Below are positions 28,948 through 38,135 of a DNA stretch of 64,000 bases, piece by piece (the stretch's first letter is position 1; each line of letters opens with the position of its first letter). Both the position numbers and the translations under genes were made by a program. The notes beneath the pieces were generated by a model. It had not been told where the DNA came from and made no database searches. It saw only the letters and a program-made list of their open reading frames with translations. The DNA is from Terriglobia bacterium (lineage in GTDB: Bacteria > Acidobacteriota > Polarisedimenticolia > Polarisedimenticolales > JAIQFR01): contig CAVVHE010000008.1 of assembly GCA_963748015.1 (NCBI GenBank), forward strand, positions 160,001-224,000. Reading direction: 5' to 3'.

Positions 28948-29970
28948 ATGCAGACTCTTCGGATGAAGACGGAGTTCCTCCCGACCCTGCTGAAAGGGCT
29001 CGCGCCCTGGGGGACGCTGTACGCTCCCGTGGAGCGCGCGCCGGGGGTCTACTCGCTCGAGGCGACGGGCGAGGACGTGTCGCGCGCGCGCCCCGAGGCG
29101 CTGCGGACGATCGTCCCGTTCAAGAAGCTGCTGCTCAAGCCGCGCTTCACGATGCTGGAGCAGGGCGAGAGGGGCGCTTCGGTCGAGAGCCGCGAGAACG
29201 ACTTCGAGCCGCGCGTGTTCTTCGGCGCGCACGCCTGCGACATCCACGCGCTCAAGATCACCGACCTGATGTACCTCTCCGATTACCCCGACCCGTACTA
29301 CCGGCGCAACCGGGAGTCGTTGACCGTGATCGGCTTCGGTTGCATGCCGGACGAGAAGTGCTTCTGCCACTCGCTCAACACGTCGAACGTGGACGAGGGA
29401 TACGACCTGTTCCTCACGCCGCTCGAGGGGCGGTTCCTGGCCACCGTCGGCAGCGCGCGCGGCGACGACATCGTCCGCGCCAACTCCGGCCTGTTCGAGG
29501 CCTCGACGCCGCAGGACACGCGGGACTACCTCGAGCGCCTCAAGAGGCGCGAGAAGGCCTTCACGCTCTCGATGGACGTGACCGACCTCCCGTACGTGCT
29601 CGAGCTGAAGAAGGACGATCCGGTCTGGCAGGAGCTCGGCAAGAAGTGCCTCTGCTGCGGCTCCTGCTCGATGGTCTGCCCGACCTGCACCTGCTTCAAC
29701 GTCGCCGACGAGATCCCCAGGGAGGGGGCGGCGGCCCGAGTGCGGACGTGGGACTCCTGCCTCTACCGCGAGTACGCGCTCGTCGCGGGAGGCCACAACT
29801 TCCGGGACGACCGGGCCGACCGGGTCAAGAACCGCTACTACCACAAGCAGGAGGCGTTCGTGAGGGAGTTCGGGATGCCCTCCTGCGTCGGGTGCGGCCG
29901 GTGCATCGAGAACTGCCCCACCGGCATCAACGTGGTGGAGGTCTTCCGTTACGTGCGAGGTGACCTATGA
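28948..29970 (+). CDS. hydB: Group 3b [NiFe]-hydrogenase (sulfhydrogenase) beta subunit, 4Fe-4S
   Basis: CLCCGSCSMVCPTCTC and CVGCGRCIENCP. Confidence 0.9.
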   Translation: MQTLRMKTEFLPTLLKGLAPWGTLYAPVERAPGVYSLEATGEDVSRARPEALRTIVPFKKLLLKPRFTMLEQGERGASVESRENDFEPRVFFGAHACDIHALKITDLMYLSDYPDPYYRRNRESLTVIGFGCMPDEKCFCHSLNTSNVDEGYDLFLTPLEGRFLATVGSARGDDIVRANSGLFEASTPQDTRDYLERLKRREKAFTLSMDVTDLPYVLELKKDDPVWQELGKKCLCCGSCSMVCPTCTCFNVADEIPREGAAARVRTWDSCLYREYALVAGGHNFRDDRADRVKNRYYHKQEAFVREFGMPSCVGCGRCIENCPTGINVVEVFRYVRGDL

Positions 29971-30866
29971 CCGACGGGATCCCGGAGCGACTGCCGGTCC
30001 GCGGCGGGCCCCGCAGACTGCCGACGGGCGAGAACCCCTACGCGACCGCGCCGGCGCGAGTCATGAGGGTGACCGACCTCGTCCCCGACGTGCGCCTCTT
30101 CGACTTCCGGTTCACCGACGGAGCGCTCGCGGAGCAGTTCACGTTCCGCCCCGGCCAGTTCGTGATGCTGTCGATCCTCGGCGTGGGCGAGGCCCCGTTC
30201 TCCCTCCCGTCGTCGCCCACCCGGCGCGGGTACTTCCAGCTCGGCATCCGCCGCCTCGGCAGCGTCACCAACTACCTCTTCGACAACGTGCGCGAGGGGG
30301 ACGTGGTGGGGATCCGCGGCCCGCTCGGGAACGGCTTCCCGGTGGAGAAGTTCGAGAAGCAGGACCTGCTCATGGTGGCGGGGGGGCTCGGGATGGTCCC
30401 GCTGCGCGGGCTCCTCCAGTACGCCATCGACCTTCGCGACCGGTTCGGCCGGGTGATCCTCGCGTACGGCGCGCGGAGCCCGGAGCTGGTGCTGTTCCGC
30501 GACGAGCTGGAGTCGATCGCCCGCCGCGGTGACGCCGAGGTGCTGCTCTCGGTGGAGAGCGCGTCGGGTCATCCCTGGCCGGGGAAGCTGGGCGTCGTGA
30601 CCGAGCTGCTCGACGAGATCAAGGTGGACGTGACCCGCACGTACGCCGTCGCCTGCGGACCGCCGGTCTTCTACAAGTTCATGATGGAGAAGCTGGTGGC
30701 GGCGCACTTCGCCAAGGACCGCATCTTCCTGAGCCTCGAGCGCCGGATGGAGTGCGGCGTCGGGAAGTGCGGGCACTGCGCGGTGGGGTACACCTTCACC
30801 TGCCTCCACGGCCCCGTATTCTCGTTCTGGGACGCGATCAACCTGCCCGAGCTGATCTACACGTAG
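29967..30866 (+). CDS. hydG: Sulfhydrogenase gamma subunit (FAD/NAD(P)-binding, 2Fe-2S)
   Basis: PGQFVML, RGPLGNGF, AGGLG, MECGVGKCGHC. Confidence 0.92.
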   Translation: MTDGIPERLPVRGGPRRLPTGENPYATAPARVMRVTDLVPDVRLFDFRFTDGALAEQFTFRPGQFVMLSILGVGEAPFSLPSSPTRRGYFQLGIRRLGSVTNYLFDNVREGDVVGIRGPLGNGFPVEKFEKQDLLMVAGGLGMVPLRGLLQYAIDLRDRFGRVILAYGARSPELVLFRDELESIARRGDAEVLLSVESASGHPWPGKLGVVTELLDEIKVDVTRTYAVACGPPVFYKFMMEKLVAAHFAKDRIFLSLERRMECGVGKCGHCAVGYTFTCLHGPVFSFWDAINLPELIYT

Positions 30867-30877
30867 GGGAGAGCTCC

Positions 30878-31663
30878 ATGGCCAGCGCCAAGCCCAAGGT
30901 CGGGATCTTCGGCCTCACCGGTTGCGCGGGAGACCAGCTGCAGATCCTCAACTGCGAGGACGAGCTGCTGCGGCTCGCCGAGCGCATGGACATCGTGGAC
31001 TGGGTCATGGTCCGTTCCCAGAACGACCACACCTGCCGCCTCGACGTCGCCTTCGTCGAGGGGGTCGTCGCCACCCAGCGGGACCTGCGAAACCTGAAGG
31101 CGATCCGCGGGCGCGCGAAGACGCTCGTGGCGGTCGGCACCTGCGCGGTGTGGGGCGGGCTGCCCGCGATGCGGAACGAGATCCCGCGCGACGTCCTGCA
31201 GCAGGAGGTCTACAGGAGCGACGCCCCGTTCCTGGACACCGTCGAGGCGCGCCCGGCGACCGACTTCGTTCCGTTCGAGTTCTCGCTCCCAGGTTGTCCG
31301 ATCGAGCGGCACGAGTTCCTCCGCGTCGCGAACGCCCTGCTCGCCTCGACCGTCCCCGAGCTCCCGAAGGTGCCGGTCTGCTGGGAGTGCAAGACCCGCG
31401 AGAACCTCTGCCGCGTCGTCCACTTCAACGAGGTCTGCTGCGGCGCCATGACGCGCGGCGGCTGCGGCGCGCGCTGTCCCTCCCACGGCGTGGCCTGCGC
31501 CGGGTGCCGCGGCCTCGCCGAGGAGACCAACTACGACGCGAACATCACCATGTTCAAGGACCGGGGGATCTCGTGGGTCGAGATCGCGCGGCGGATGGAG
31601 AACTTCTCCTCGCCGGTCTGGATGAAGATGGGGCTGGAGCAGGAGGTGCGCGGTGGAAGCTAG
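30878..31663 (+). CDS. hydD: Sulfhydrogenase delta (small) subunit
   Basis: GTCAVWGG, PGCP, VCWECK, CAGCRG. First motif reads CAGD. Confidence 0.9.
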   Translation: MASAKPKVGIFGLTGCAGDQLQILNCEDELLRLAERMDIVDWVMVRSQNDHTCRLDVAFVEGVVATQRDLRNLKAIRGRAKTLVAVGTCAVWGGLPAMRNEIPRDVLQQEVYRSDAPFLDTVEARPATDFVPFEFSLPGCPIERHEFLRVANALLASTVPELPKVPVCWECKTRENLCRVVHFNEVCCGAMTRGGCGARCPSHGVACAGCRGLAEETNYDANITMFKDRGISWVEIARRMENFSSPVWMKMGLEQEVRGGS

Positions 31664-32960
31664 GACCATCACGATTCCCCACCTCGGGAGGGTCGAGGGG
31701 CACGGCGGCATCTTCGTCAAGATCGTGGGCGACACCGTCCACGAAGTGAACATGGACATCTACGAGGGGAGCCGCTACTACGAGGCCCTGCTCCGGGGGA
31801 AGCACTTCCTCGAGGTGCAGGGGATCATCACGCGGGTCTGCGCGATCTGCTCGGCGAACCACACCGTGGCGGCCCTCACCGCCCTCGAGAACGCGCTCGG
31901 GATCGAGCCGCCGGACCGGATCCACAGGCTCCGCGGCCTCCTTCTTCTCGGCGCCACCATCGAGTCGCACGCGCTGCACGTGTTCGCGCTGGCGCTCCCC
32001 GACTTCCTCGGCTACGACTCGGTGATCGGCATGGCGGCGAAGTTCCCGAACGAGGTGACCTTCGCGCTGAAGCTGAAGCAGCTCGGGAACCGCATCCAGG
32101 AGCTGATCGGCGGCCGCGCCGTCCACCCGATCAACACCCTCGTGGGCGGGTTCGGGAAGCTCCCCTCGAAGCGCGATCTCCGCGCGATCCGCGACGAGCT
32201 GGCCGCCGTGATCGATCCCCTGATGAAGACCGTGGACCTGGTGAAGACGCTCGAGGTCCCGGAGTGGGGGACCGAGCCGACGATCTACGTCGCGCTCCGC
32301 CCGTACGACAAGTCCTACTTCCGCTTCCGCGGCGTGTCCATCTGCACGTCGCGCGGCGAGGAGTACCCGCTCGACCGCTACCGCGACGTCGTGCGCGAGT
32401 TCACCGTGGAGCACTCCCACGCGAAGCACGCCGCGCTGGCGTCGGGCGAGAGCTACATGGTCGGCTCGCTCGCGCGGCTGACGCTCTGGGGCGACCGGTT
32501 CGTCGGGCGGGCCAGGGAGGTTTTCGAGGTCCTGTTCCCGGAGGGTGTGAAGGACAACATCCTGCTGAACAACTGGGCGCAGCTCGTGGAACTGGTCCAC
32601 TGCATCGAGCGGGGCGTCGAGGTGTGCGACCTGCTCCTGGACATGCCGGAGACCGGCAGCGAGATGGTGGACTACGAGGTGCGGGCGGGCAGGGGCGTCG
32701 GCGCGATCGAGGTCCCGAGGGGCACCCTGTTCCACGAGTACGAGATCGACGACGACGGCCGCGTCGTGTCCGCCAACGTCATAACCCCCACGGCCCAGAA
32801 TCTCGCGAACACCGAGCGCGACCTCCGTGCCGCAGTGGAGGTCCTGATCCGCCGAGGCGGGAAGGCCGCCGAGACGGACCGGCTCCGCAACAGCCTCGAG
32901 ATGGTGGCCCGCGCCTACGACCCTTGCATCTCCTGTTCGGTCCACGTCGTCCGGACCTGA
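31653..32960 (+). CDS. hydA: Sulfhydrogenase alpha (large NiFe) subunit
   Basis: RVEGHG, L1 RVCAICSANH, L2 DPCISCSVH plus a short cleavable tail. Confidence 0.95.
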   Translation: MEARTITIPHLGRVEGHGGIFVKIVGDTVHEVNMDIYEGSRYYEALLRGKHFLEVQGIITRVCAICSANHTVAALTALENALGIEPPDRIHRLRGLLLLGATIESHALHVFALALPDFLGYDSVIGMAAKFPNEVTFALKLKQLGNRIQELIGGRAVHPINTLVGGFGKLPSKRDLRAIRDELAAVIDPLMKTVDLVKTLEVPEWGTEPTIYVALRPYDKSYFRFRGVSICTSRGEEYPLDRYRDVVREFTVEHSHAKHAALASGESYMVGSLARLTLWGDRFVGRAREVFEVLFPEGVKDNILLNNWAQLVELVHCIERGVEVCDLLLDMPETGSEMVDYEVRAGRGVGAIEVPRGTLFHEYEIDDDGRVVSANVITPTAQNLANTERDLRAAVEVLIRRGGKAAETDRLRNSLEMVARAYDPCISCSVHVVRT

Positions 32961-32982
32961 AGGGCGGGGAAAGGGGGGCCTC

Positions 32983-33522
32983 GTGCCGGACGGGCGCCAG
33001 GGGAGGCAGGCCGGCGACGCGCGGCGCGTGCTCGTCGTCGGCCTCGGCAACTCGTTGATGGCGGACGACGGCGTCGGCATCGCGGTGGCCGAGCGGCTCT
33101 CGGGTCTCGAGCTCCCCGCCGGGGCCCGCGCCGAGGTCGGCGATACCGACTCGCTCCGGCTCCTCTCCCTGTGGAAGGGCGAGGAGGAGATCTGGCTGGT
33201 GGACGCGATCCTGCGCGATACGGAGCCCGGGACGGTCCACCGCATGTCCCACGACGAGGTCCTCTCGATCCCCCAGCGTCACGCCGCGGCCCACTTCCTG
33301 AGCCTGCCGGAGAGCCTCCGCTGGATCGCCGCGGCGACCCCGGACATGGCGCGGGTGCGCTACCGGCTCTGGGGGGTCGAGCCGGAGTCCATCGCCCTGT
33401 CGCCCGGGCTCACGCCGCGCGTCGCCGCGGCGGCCGAGGCGGTGACCGCCGAGATCGCCCGGGAGCTCCTCCTCGTTCTCGGGAGGACGATTGACGCCGG
33501 GACCGCGCCGGGAGGAGAGTAG
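32983..33522 (+). CDS. Hydrogenase maturation protease
   Basis: GLGNSLMADDGVG, LVDAI. Confidence 0.9.
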   Translation: MPDGRQGRQAGDARRVLVVGLGNSLMADDGVGIAVAERLSGLELPAGARAEVGDTDSLRLLSLWKGEEEIWLVDAILRDTEPGTVHRMSHDEVLSIPQRHAAAHFLSLPESLRWIAAATPDMARVRYRLWGVEPESIALSPGLTPRVAAAAEAVTAEIARELLLVLGRTIDAGTAPGGE

Positions 33523-33541
33523 GGGAGCGGAGCATGAAGCC

Positions 33542-33979
33542 ATGAGCGAGCCGAGGACCTTCGAGCGCCTGACCGAGCAGTCGCTGGAGGAGCACGGGCA
33601 GATCCACTTCTTCCTGGAGCGTCTCCAAAAGGCGCTCGGCGGCGTCGTGCCCGGGCAGGCCGACGTCGAGCCGATGCGGCGCGTCGCGGCGGAGCTCGAA
33701 GGGCTCGTCGAGCGGCTTCAAGAGCACTTCCAGCGGGAGGAGCAGGTGCTGTTCCATGCGCTCGTGGACGCCGACGAGGCCTGTCGCGCGGACGTCCGGC
33801 ACCTCGAGAACCAGCACGAGCGCCTGATGGAGATCCTCGAGATGGCCCGGATCCATGCCGGGCGCGGCGAGGCCGCCGATGCGGCGCTCCTCAAGGCGGA
33901 CGTCGAGGGGTTCCTGGCCGTCCTCGCCGCCCACGAGGGCGCCGAGGAATCGCTCTTCCGGCGCGCCCTCGCCGGTTGA
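33542..33979 (+). CDS. Hemerythrin/HHE domain protein
   Basis: EH, HFQREEQVLF, QH and HEGAEESLF motifs. Confidence 0.8.
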   Translation: MSEPRTFERLTEQSLEEHGQIHFFLERLQKALGGVVPGQADVEPMRRVAAELEGLVERLQEHFQREEQVLFHALVDADEACRADVRHLENQHERLMEILEMARIHAGRGEAADAALLKADVEGFLAVLAAHEGAEESLFRRALAG

Positions 33980-34004
33980 CGGACACGGGCGGGGGTGATA
34001 AGTT
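33976..34004 (+). promoter_or_regulatory. Putative sigma70 promoter with extended -10
   Basis: TTGACG-N17-TAAGTT with TG at the extended -10 position. Confidence 0.6.
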
Positions 34005-34105
34005 CGGCCGTTGCCGTGATGACGAAAGTGAGTCCGCATCCAACCCGCCCGCCCTTGCCGGGCGGCCTCCGCTCCGCGGGGGACGCTTCGGCGAGGAGGC
34101 CGCGT

Positions 34106-34142
34106 GAAGGGGCGCTCGGAGTCCGAGCGCCCTTCGTGTTTT
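34106..34142 (+). terminator. Intrinsic terminator-like hairpin within the leader of the zinc-ribbon gene
   Basis: GAAGGGGCGCTCGG-AGT-CCGAGCGCCCTTC then GTGTTTT. Confidence 0.6.
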
Positions 34143-34185
34143 CGGCAGTCTCGCGGGGGGCGGACGCACGGTAGGAGAGTCCCGC

Positions 34186-34980
34186 ATGCTGGAGCCGAAA
34201 GAGCAGTTGACCCGGCTCGTGCTGATCCAGGACCTGGCCCTCGAGATCCAGTCGGCCCGGGCGGTCGTGGAGGGGGCACCGGCCCGTATCGAGGAGATCG
34301 AAGGCCGCTTCCGCGAGCGCAACGCGGAATACGTCGAGGTCAAGGAGCGCTACGACGCTCTCGAGAAGGACCGCACGGATCGGACGCTGGAGCTCGAGGG
34401 TCTCGAGGCGTCGCGCAAGAAGTTCATGGAAGCGCTGATGCAGGTCAAGAACCAGCGCGAGTACGCCGCCGTGCTGAAGGAGATCGACGCGGTCAAGGCG
34501 CAGATCGGCTCGCACGAGGAGGCGATCCTCAAGGGCATGGAGGAGATCGAGACGCTGAAGACCGACCTCGACGCCCGCGCCGGCCACATCGAGGAGGAGC
34601 GTCGCCAGGTCGCCGAGGAGCACGCCCGCGTCGAGGCGGAGGCCGCCGCCGCCACCGCTCGGATCGAGGAGGCGGAGCGCGAGCGCGGAGCCCTCGAGGC
34701 GGAGCTGCCGGCCGACCTCATCGAGGGCATCCGCCGGGTCGAGGAGAGCCGCGGCGGCTTGTTCCTCGCGAAGGCCGACAAGGAGCTGTGCCAGTCCTGC
34801 TTCGTTCGCATCCGGCCCCAGGTGTTCCAGGAAATCCGGCTGGCGTCGCGCATCCACAACTGCCGCCAGTGCCGGCGCTATCTCTACCACGAGCCGGCCT
34901 TGAAGCCGGCGCCCGCCGGCCAGCCCGTCGAGGATGCCGGCCAGGCCCCGATCGAGACGGCGAATGGCGGCCCGGTTTAG
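34186..34980 (+). CDS. Coiled-coil, C4-type zinc ribbon protein (DUF164)
   Basis: Long coiled coil, CQSC...CRQCRRYLY. Confidence 0.9.
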   Translation: MLEPKEQLTRLVLIQDLALEIQSARAVVEGAPARIEEIEGRFRERNAEYVEVKERYDALEKDRTDRTLELEGLEASRKKFMEALMQVKNQREYAAVLKEIDAVKAQIGSHEEAILKGMEEIETLKTDLDARAGHIEEERRQVAEEHARVEAEAAAATARIEEAERERGALEAELPADLIEGIRRVEESRGGLFLAKADKELCQSCFVRIRPQVFQEIRLASRIHNCRQCRRYLYHEPALKPAPAGQPVEDAGQAPIETANGGPV

Positions 34981-35434
34981 GGCCGCGATCGACGGCGGGT
35001 CCCGCGGCAACCCGGGGCTCGCGGCCTGGGGAGTGGCGGTGCTCGACGCCGGGGGGCGCTGCATCGAAGGGCATGCCGCGACCATCGGGCACGCCACCAA
35101 CAACATCGCCGAGTACAGCGCGCTGCTCGAGGCGCTCGAGCGCGCGGAGGCCGCCGGCGCCCGCGAGGTCGAGATCCGGGCCGATTCGGAGCTGGTCGTG
35201 CGCCAGATCGAGGGGCGCTACAAGGTCCGGCATCCCGGCCTGATCCCGTTGCACGCCGAGGCCAAGCGCAGGATCTCGCGGTTCCGCTCCTTCCGGATCG
35301 TCCACGTTCCCCGCAAGGAGAACGGCGAAGCCGACCGTCTCGTGAACCTCGCCCTCGATCGCGCCGAGAAGGGGCGCCCCGGCGAGACCGTGAGGGTCGT
35401 GGTGGTCTCCGAGTCGCCGGCCGACGGGGCGTGA
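34964..35434 (+). CDS. rnhA: Ribonuclease HI family protein
   Basis: DGGSRGNPG, TNNIAEY, DSELVVRQ, NGEADRL. Confidence 0.9.
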   Translation: MAARFRAAIDGGSRGNPGLAAWGVAVLDAGGRCIEGHAATIGHATNNIAEYSALLEALERAEAAGAREVEIRADSELVVRQIEGRYKVRHPGLIPLHAEAKRRISRFRSFRIVHVPRKENGEADRLVNLALDRAEKGRPGETVRVVVVSESPADGA

Positions 35435-35435
35435 C

Positions 35436-36119
35436 GTGGGCGGCGGGGCGGCCGCGGCGCTCGAGGACGTCCGCCGGCGCATCGCGAGCGCCTGCTCGCG
35501 CGCGGGGCGGGACGCCGCGTCGGTGGCGCTGGTCGCCGTCTCCAAGACCTTTCCCGCGGAACGTGTCCGGGAGCTGCTCGCGTGCGGGCACGACCTTTTC
35601 GGCGAGAACCGCGTGCAGGAGGCGCTCGAGAAGATCCCCCTCGTCGGCGCGGGAGCGCGATGGCACCTGGTCGGGCACCTCCAGGGCAACAAGGCGCGTC
35701 ATGCGGTCGGCGCCTTCGAGCTGATCCACTCGGTGGACGGCCTCGACCTCGCCCGGGAGCTCGCCCGCCGCGCCGCGGCGAGAGGGACCGTCCAGCCGGT
35801 GCTGGTCCAGGTGAACCTCTCCCGCGAGGCGACGAAGTCGGGAGCCGGGGAGGACGCCGCCCTGCCTCTCCTCGAGGCGGCCGCCGCGCTGCCGGACCTC
35901 GAGGTGCGCGGCCTCATGACGATCCCTCCGCCGGTCGAGGATCCCGAGGCGTCCCGCCCCTGGTTCGCCCTGCTCCGGGAGCTCCGCGACCGGGCCGAGA
36001 CGCGCCTCGGCCGCAAGCTGCCCGAGCTCTCGATGGGGATGAGCGACGACTTCGAGGTGGCGGTGGAGGAGGGAGCGACGATCGTGAGGATTGGCCGAGC
36101 GTTGTTCGGGGCGAGATAG
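35436..36119 (+). CDS. yggS: PLP homeostasis protein YggS
   Basis: VAVSKT, FGENRVQE, LSMGMSDD. Confidence 0.95.
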   Translation: MGGGAAAALEDVRRRIASACSRAGRDAASVALVAVSKTFPAERVRELLACGHDLFGENRVQEALEKIPLVGAGARWHLVGHLQGNKARHAVGAFELIHSVDGLDLARELARRAAARGTVQPVLVQVNLSREATKSGAGEDAALPLLEAAAALPDLEVRGLMTIPPPVEDPEASRPWFALLRELRDRAETRLGRKLPELSMGMSDDFEVAVEEGATIVRIGRALFGAR

Positions 36120-36131
36120 GTTACGTTTCCG

Positions 36132-36160
36132 TTGCTTTTCGGCAGGTCGCGGACTATGTT
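36132..36160 (+). promoter_or_regulatory. Putative internal promoter for divIVA-hutI
   Basis: TTGCTT-N17-TATGTT. Confidence 0.45.
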
Positions 36161-36193
36161 TGGCCGCGGTTGCGTGTAACCGGAGGTCCGATC

Positions 36194-36709
36194 ATGTCGA
36201 GCCGCCTGACCGCGATGGATGTCGAGAAACAGGACTTCAAGAGGGCCTTCCGCGGCTACGACTGCGGCGAGGTTCGGATGTTCCTCACCGCGGTCTCCGA
36301 GGAAATCGAGCGCGTGAATCTCGAGAACGCGCAGCTCCACGAGGAGGTCGGCGCGCTTCGCGGCCGGATCGACGACTTCCGGGAGCGCGAGCGGATGCTC
36401 CAGGAGACGCTCGTCACCGCGCAGAAGATGTCCGAGGAGCTCGCCGTCAGGAGCCAGAAGGAGTCCGAGCTGCTGATCAGGGAGGCGCGTCTCAAGGCCG
36501 AGCGCCTCCTCGAGCAGACCCAGGACCAGCTCTCCCGGATCGAGGGCGAGATCGGGCGCGTGAAGGTCGAGCGGGACGCGTTCGAGAACCGGCTGCGGAG
36601 CGCCATCGAGGAGCACCTAGCGCTGCTCGACCTCCGCAAGCAGGAACGCGCGGAGCTGGACAACGTCCGGTTCCTGCGCCGTCGCAATACCTCCAACGAA
36701 GCGGGATGA
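36194..36709 (+). CDS. DivIVA domain protein
   Basis: LTAMDVEKQDFKRAFRGYDxxEVxxFL plus coiled coil. Confidence 0.9.
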   Translation: MSSRLTAMDVEKQDFKRAFRGYDCGEVRMFLTAVSEEIERVNLENAQLHEEVGALRGRIDDFRERERMLQETLVTAQKMSEELAVRSQKESELLIREARLKAERLLEQTQDQLSRIEGEIGRVKVERDAFENRLRSAIEEHLALLDLRKQERAELDNVRFLRRRNTSNEAG

Positions 36710-37989
36710 TTCTCGCCGACCTCGCCGTCGCCGGCATCTCCGAGCTGGCCACCCCCGAAGGCCGCACCGCGCGCACGGGCGCCGACCTCGGCCGGATCCG
36801 GACGATCCGGGACGCCGCGGTCGCCTGCCGCGGCGGATCGATCGTCTTCGTCGGCACCGAGCGCGAGTTCCGCCAGGCCGTCGAGATGGAGCCGGGCGCC
36901 AGGATCCTCGACGCGCGGGCCGGCACGGTCCTGCCCGGCTTCGTGGACGCGCACACGCACCTCCCGTTCGCCGGCTGGCGCGAGTCGGAGTTCGACGAGC
37001 GCCTGCGAGGCGCGACCTACTCCGAGATCGCCGCCCGCGGCGGCGGGATCCTCTCGACCGTCGCGGCCACCCGCGCGGCGGCTCCCGAGAACCTGCGCCG
37101 AATGGTGCGGGATCGGCTCGACGCCGTGCTCGCGCTCGGGACCACGACGATCGAGGCCAAGAGCGGCTACGGCCTCTCCCTCGAGGCCGAGCTGAAGCAG
37201 CTCGAATCCCTCCGCGAGGGGGCCTCCGGTCACCCGGTCGAGGTCGTGCGGACGTTCCTCGGAGCCCACACGGTCCCGGCGGAGCACCGTGACGACCGCT
37301 CCCGGTACCTGCGCCTTCTCGTCGAGGAGATGCTGCCGGAGGTCGCGCGACGCGGGCTCGCGGAGTACGCCGACGCGTTCGTGGACGCGCACGCGTTCTC
37401 CCTCGACGAGGCGAGGGCCGTGATGCTCGCCGCCCGGGAGCGGGGGCTCGGCATCCGGATCCACGCGGACCAGCTCGCGGCGGACGGCGCCGCCGAGCTG
37501 GCGGCGGAGCTCGGGGCAGCCTCCGCGGACCACTTGGAGCACGTCTCGGACGCCGGGATCGAAGCGCTCGCTCGCGCCGGCACCTGCGGCGTGCTGCTCC
37601 CCGCGGCCACGTTCTTCCTGATGCAGTCTCAGGCGCCGCCCGGGCGCCGGCTCGTGGACGGCGGAGTGCCGGTCGTCGCGGCGACGGACTTCAATCCCGG
37701 CTCCTGCCCGAACGAGAGCATGAGCGCCGTCCTGTGGTTCGCCTGCCTCACCGCGCGCCTCGGCGTGGACGAGGCGATCACCGCGACGACCCTGAACGCC
37801 GCGCACTCCCTCGGCCGGGCCGACCGCACCGGCAGCCTAGAGCCCGGCAAGCGCGCCGACCTCGTGGTCCACGCCGTCCCCAACCGCTACCACCTGGTCT
37901 ACCGCTTCGGCGTGCCCCGCGTCCGTACCGTGATCGCCGGGGGGCGAGTCGTCGTCGACGACGGCCAGCTCCTCCACCCTTCGGCCTGA
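36706..37989 (+). CDS. hutI: Imidazolonepropionase
   Basis: PGFVDAHTH, EAKSGYGL, HADQL, ATDFNPGS. Confidence 0.93.
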   Translation: MILADLAVAGISELATPEGRTARTGADLGRIRTIRDAAVACRGGSIVFVGTEREFRQAVEMEPGARILDARAGTVLPGFVDAHTHLPFAGWRESEFDERLRGATYSEIAARGGGILSTVAATRAAAPENLRRMVRDRLDAVLALGTTTIEAKSGYGLSLEAELKQLESLREGASGHPVEVVRTFLGAHTVPAEHRDDRSRYLRLLVEEMLPEVARRGLAEYADAFVDAHAFSLDEARAVMLAARERGLGIRIHADQLAADGAAELAAELGAASADHLEHVSDAGIEALARAGTCGVLLPAATFFLMQSQAPPGRRLVDGGVPVVAATDFNPGSCPNESMSAVLWFACLTARLGVDEAITATTLNAAHSLGRADRTGSLEPGKRADLVVHAVPNRYHLVYRFGVPRVRTVIAGGRVVVDDGQLLHPSA

Positions 37990-38028
37990 CCCGCCACCAA
38001 GCGCCCAAACCGCCACCCACGCGCATTC
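37989..38028 (+). repeat. 40-bp direct repeat, copy 1
   Basis: ACCCGCCACCAAGCGCCCAAACCGCCACCCACGCGCATTC, identical to 40560-40599. Confidence 0.95.
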
Positions 38029-38135
38029 TCTTCCCATTGCCTGGGGGTTCTCACCCATTGGCTGCTGCGCGAATCGGAAGCCCCCGCCCCGCATCACGCT
38101 GGAGCTTCTACCTCCTTGTTCACGCGATCTCCGAC

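Noticed and set aside
33994..34025. GGTGAT..GTTC...TGATGAC resemblance to a fluoride riboswitch
   Set aside because: The pseudoknot pairing is absent, the 5' part is better explained as the -10 box, and no fluoride-related gene follows.
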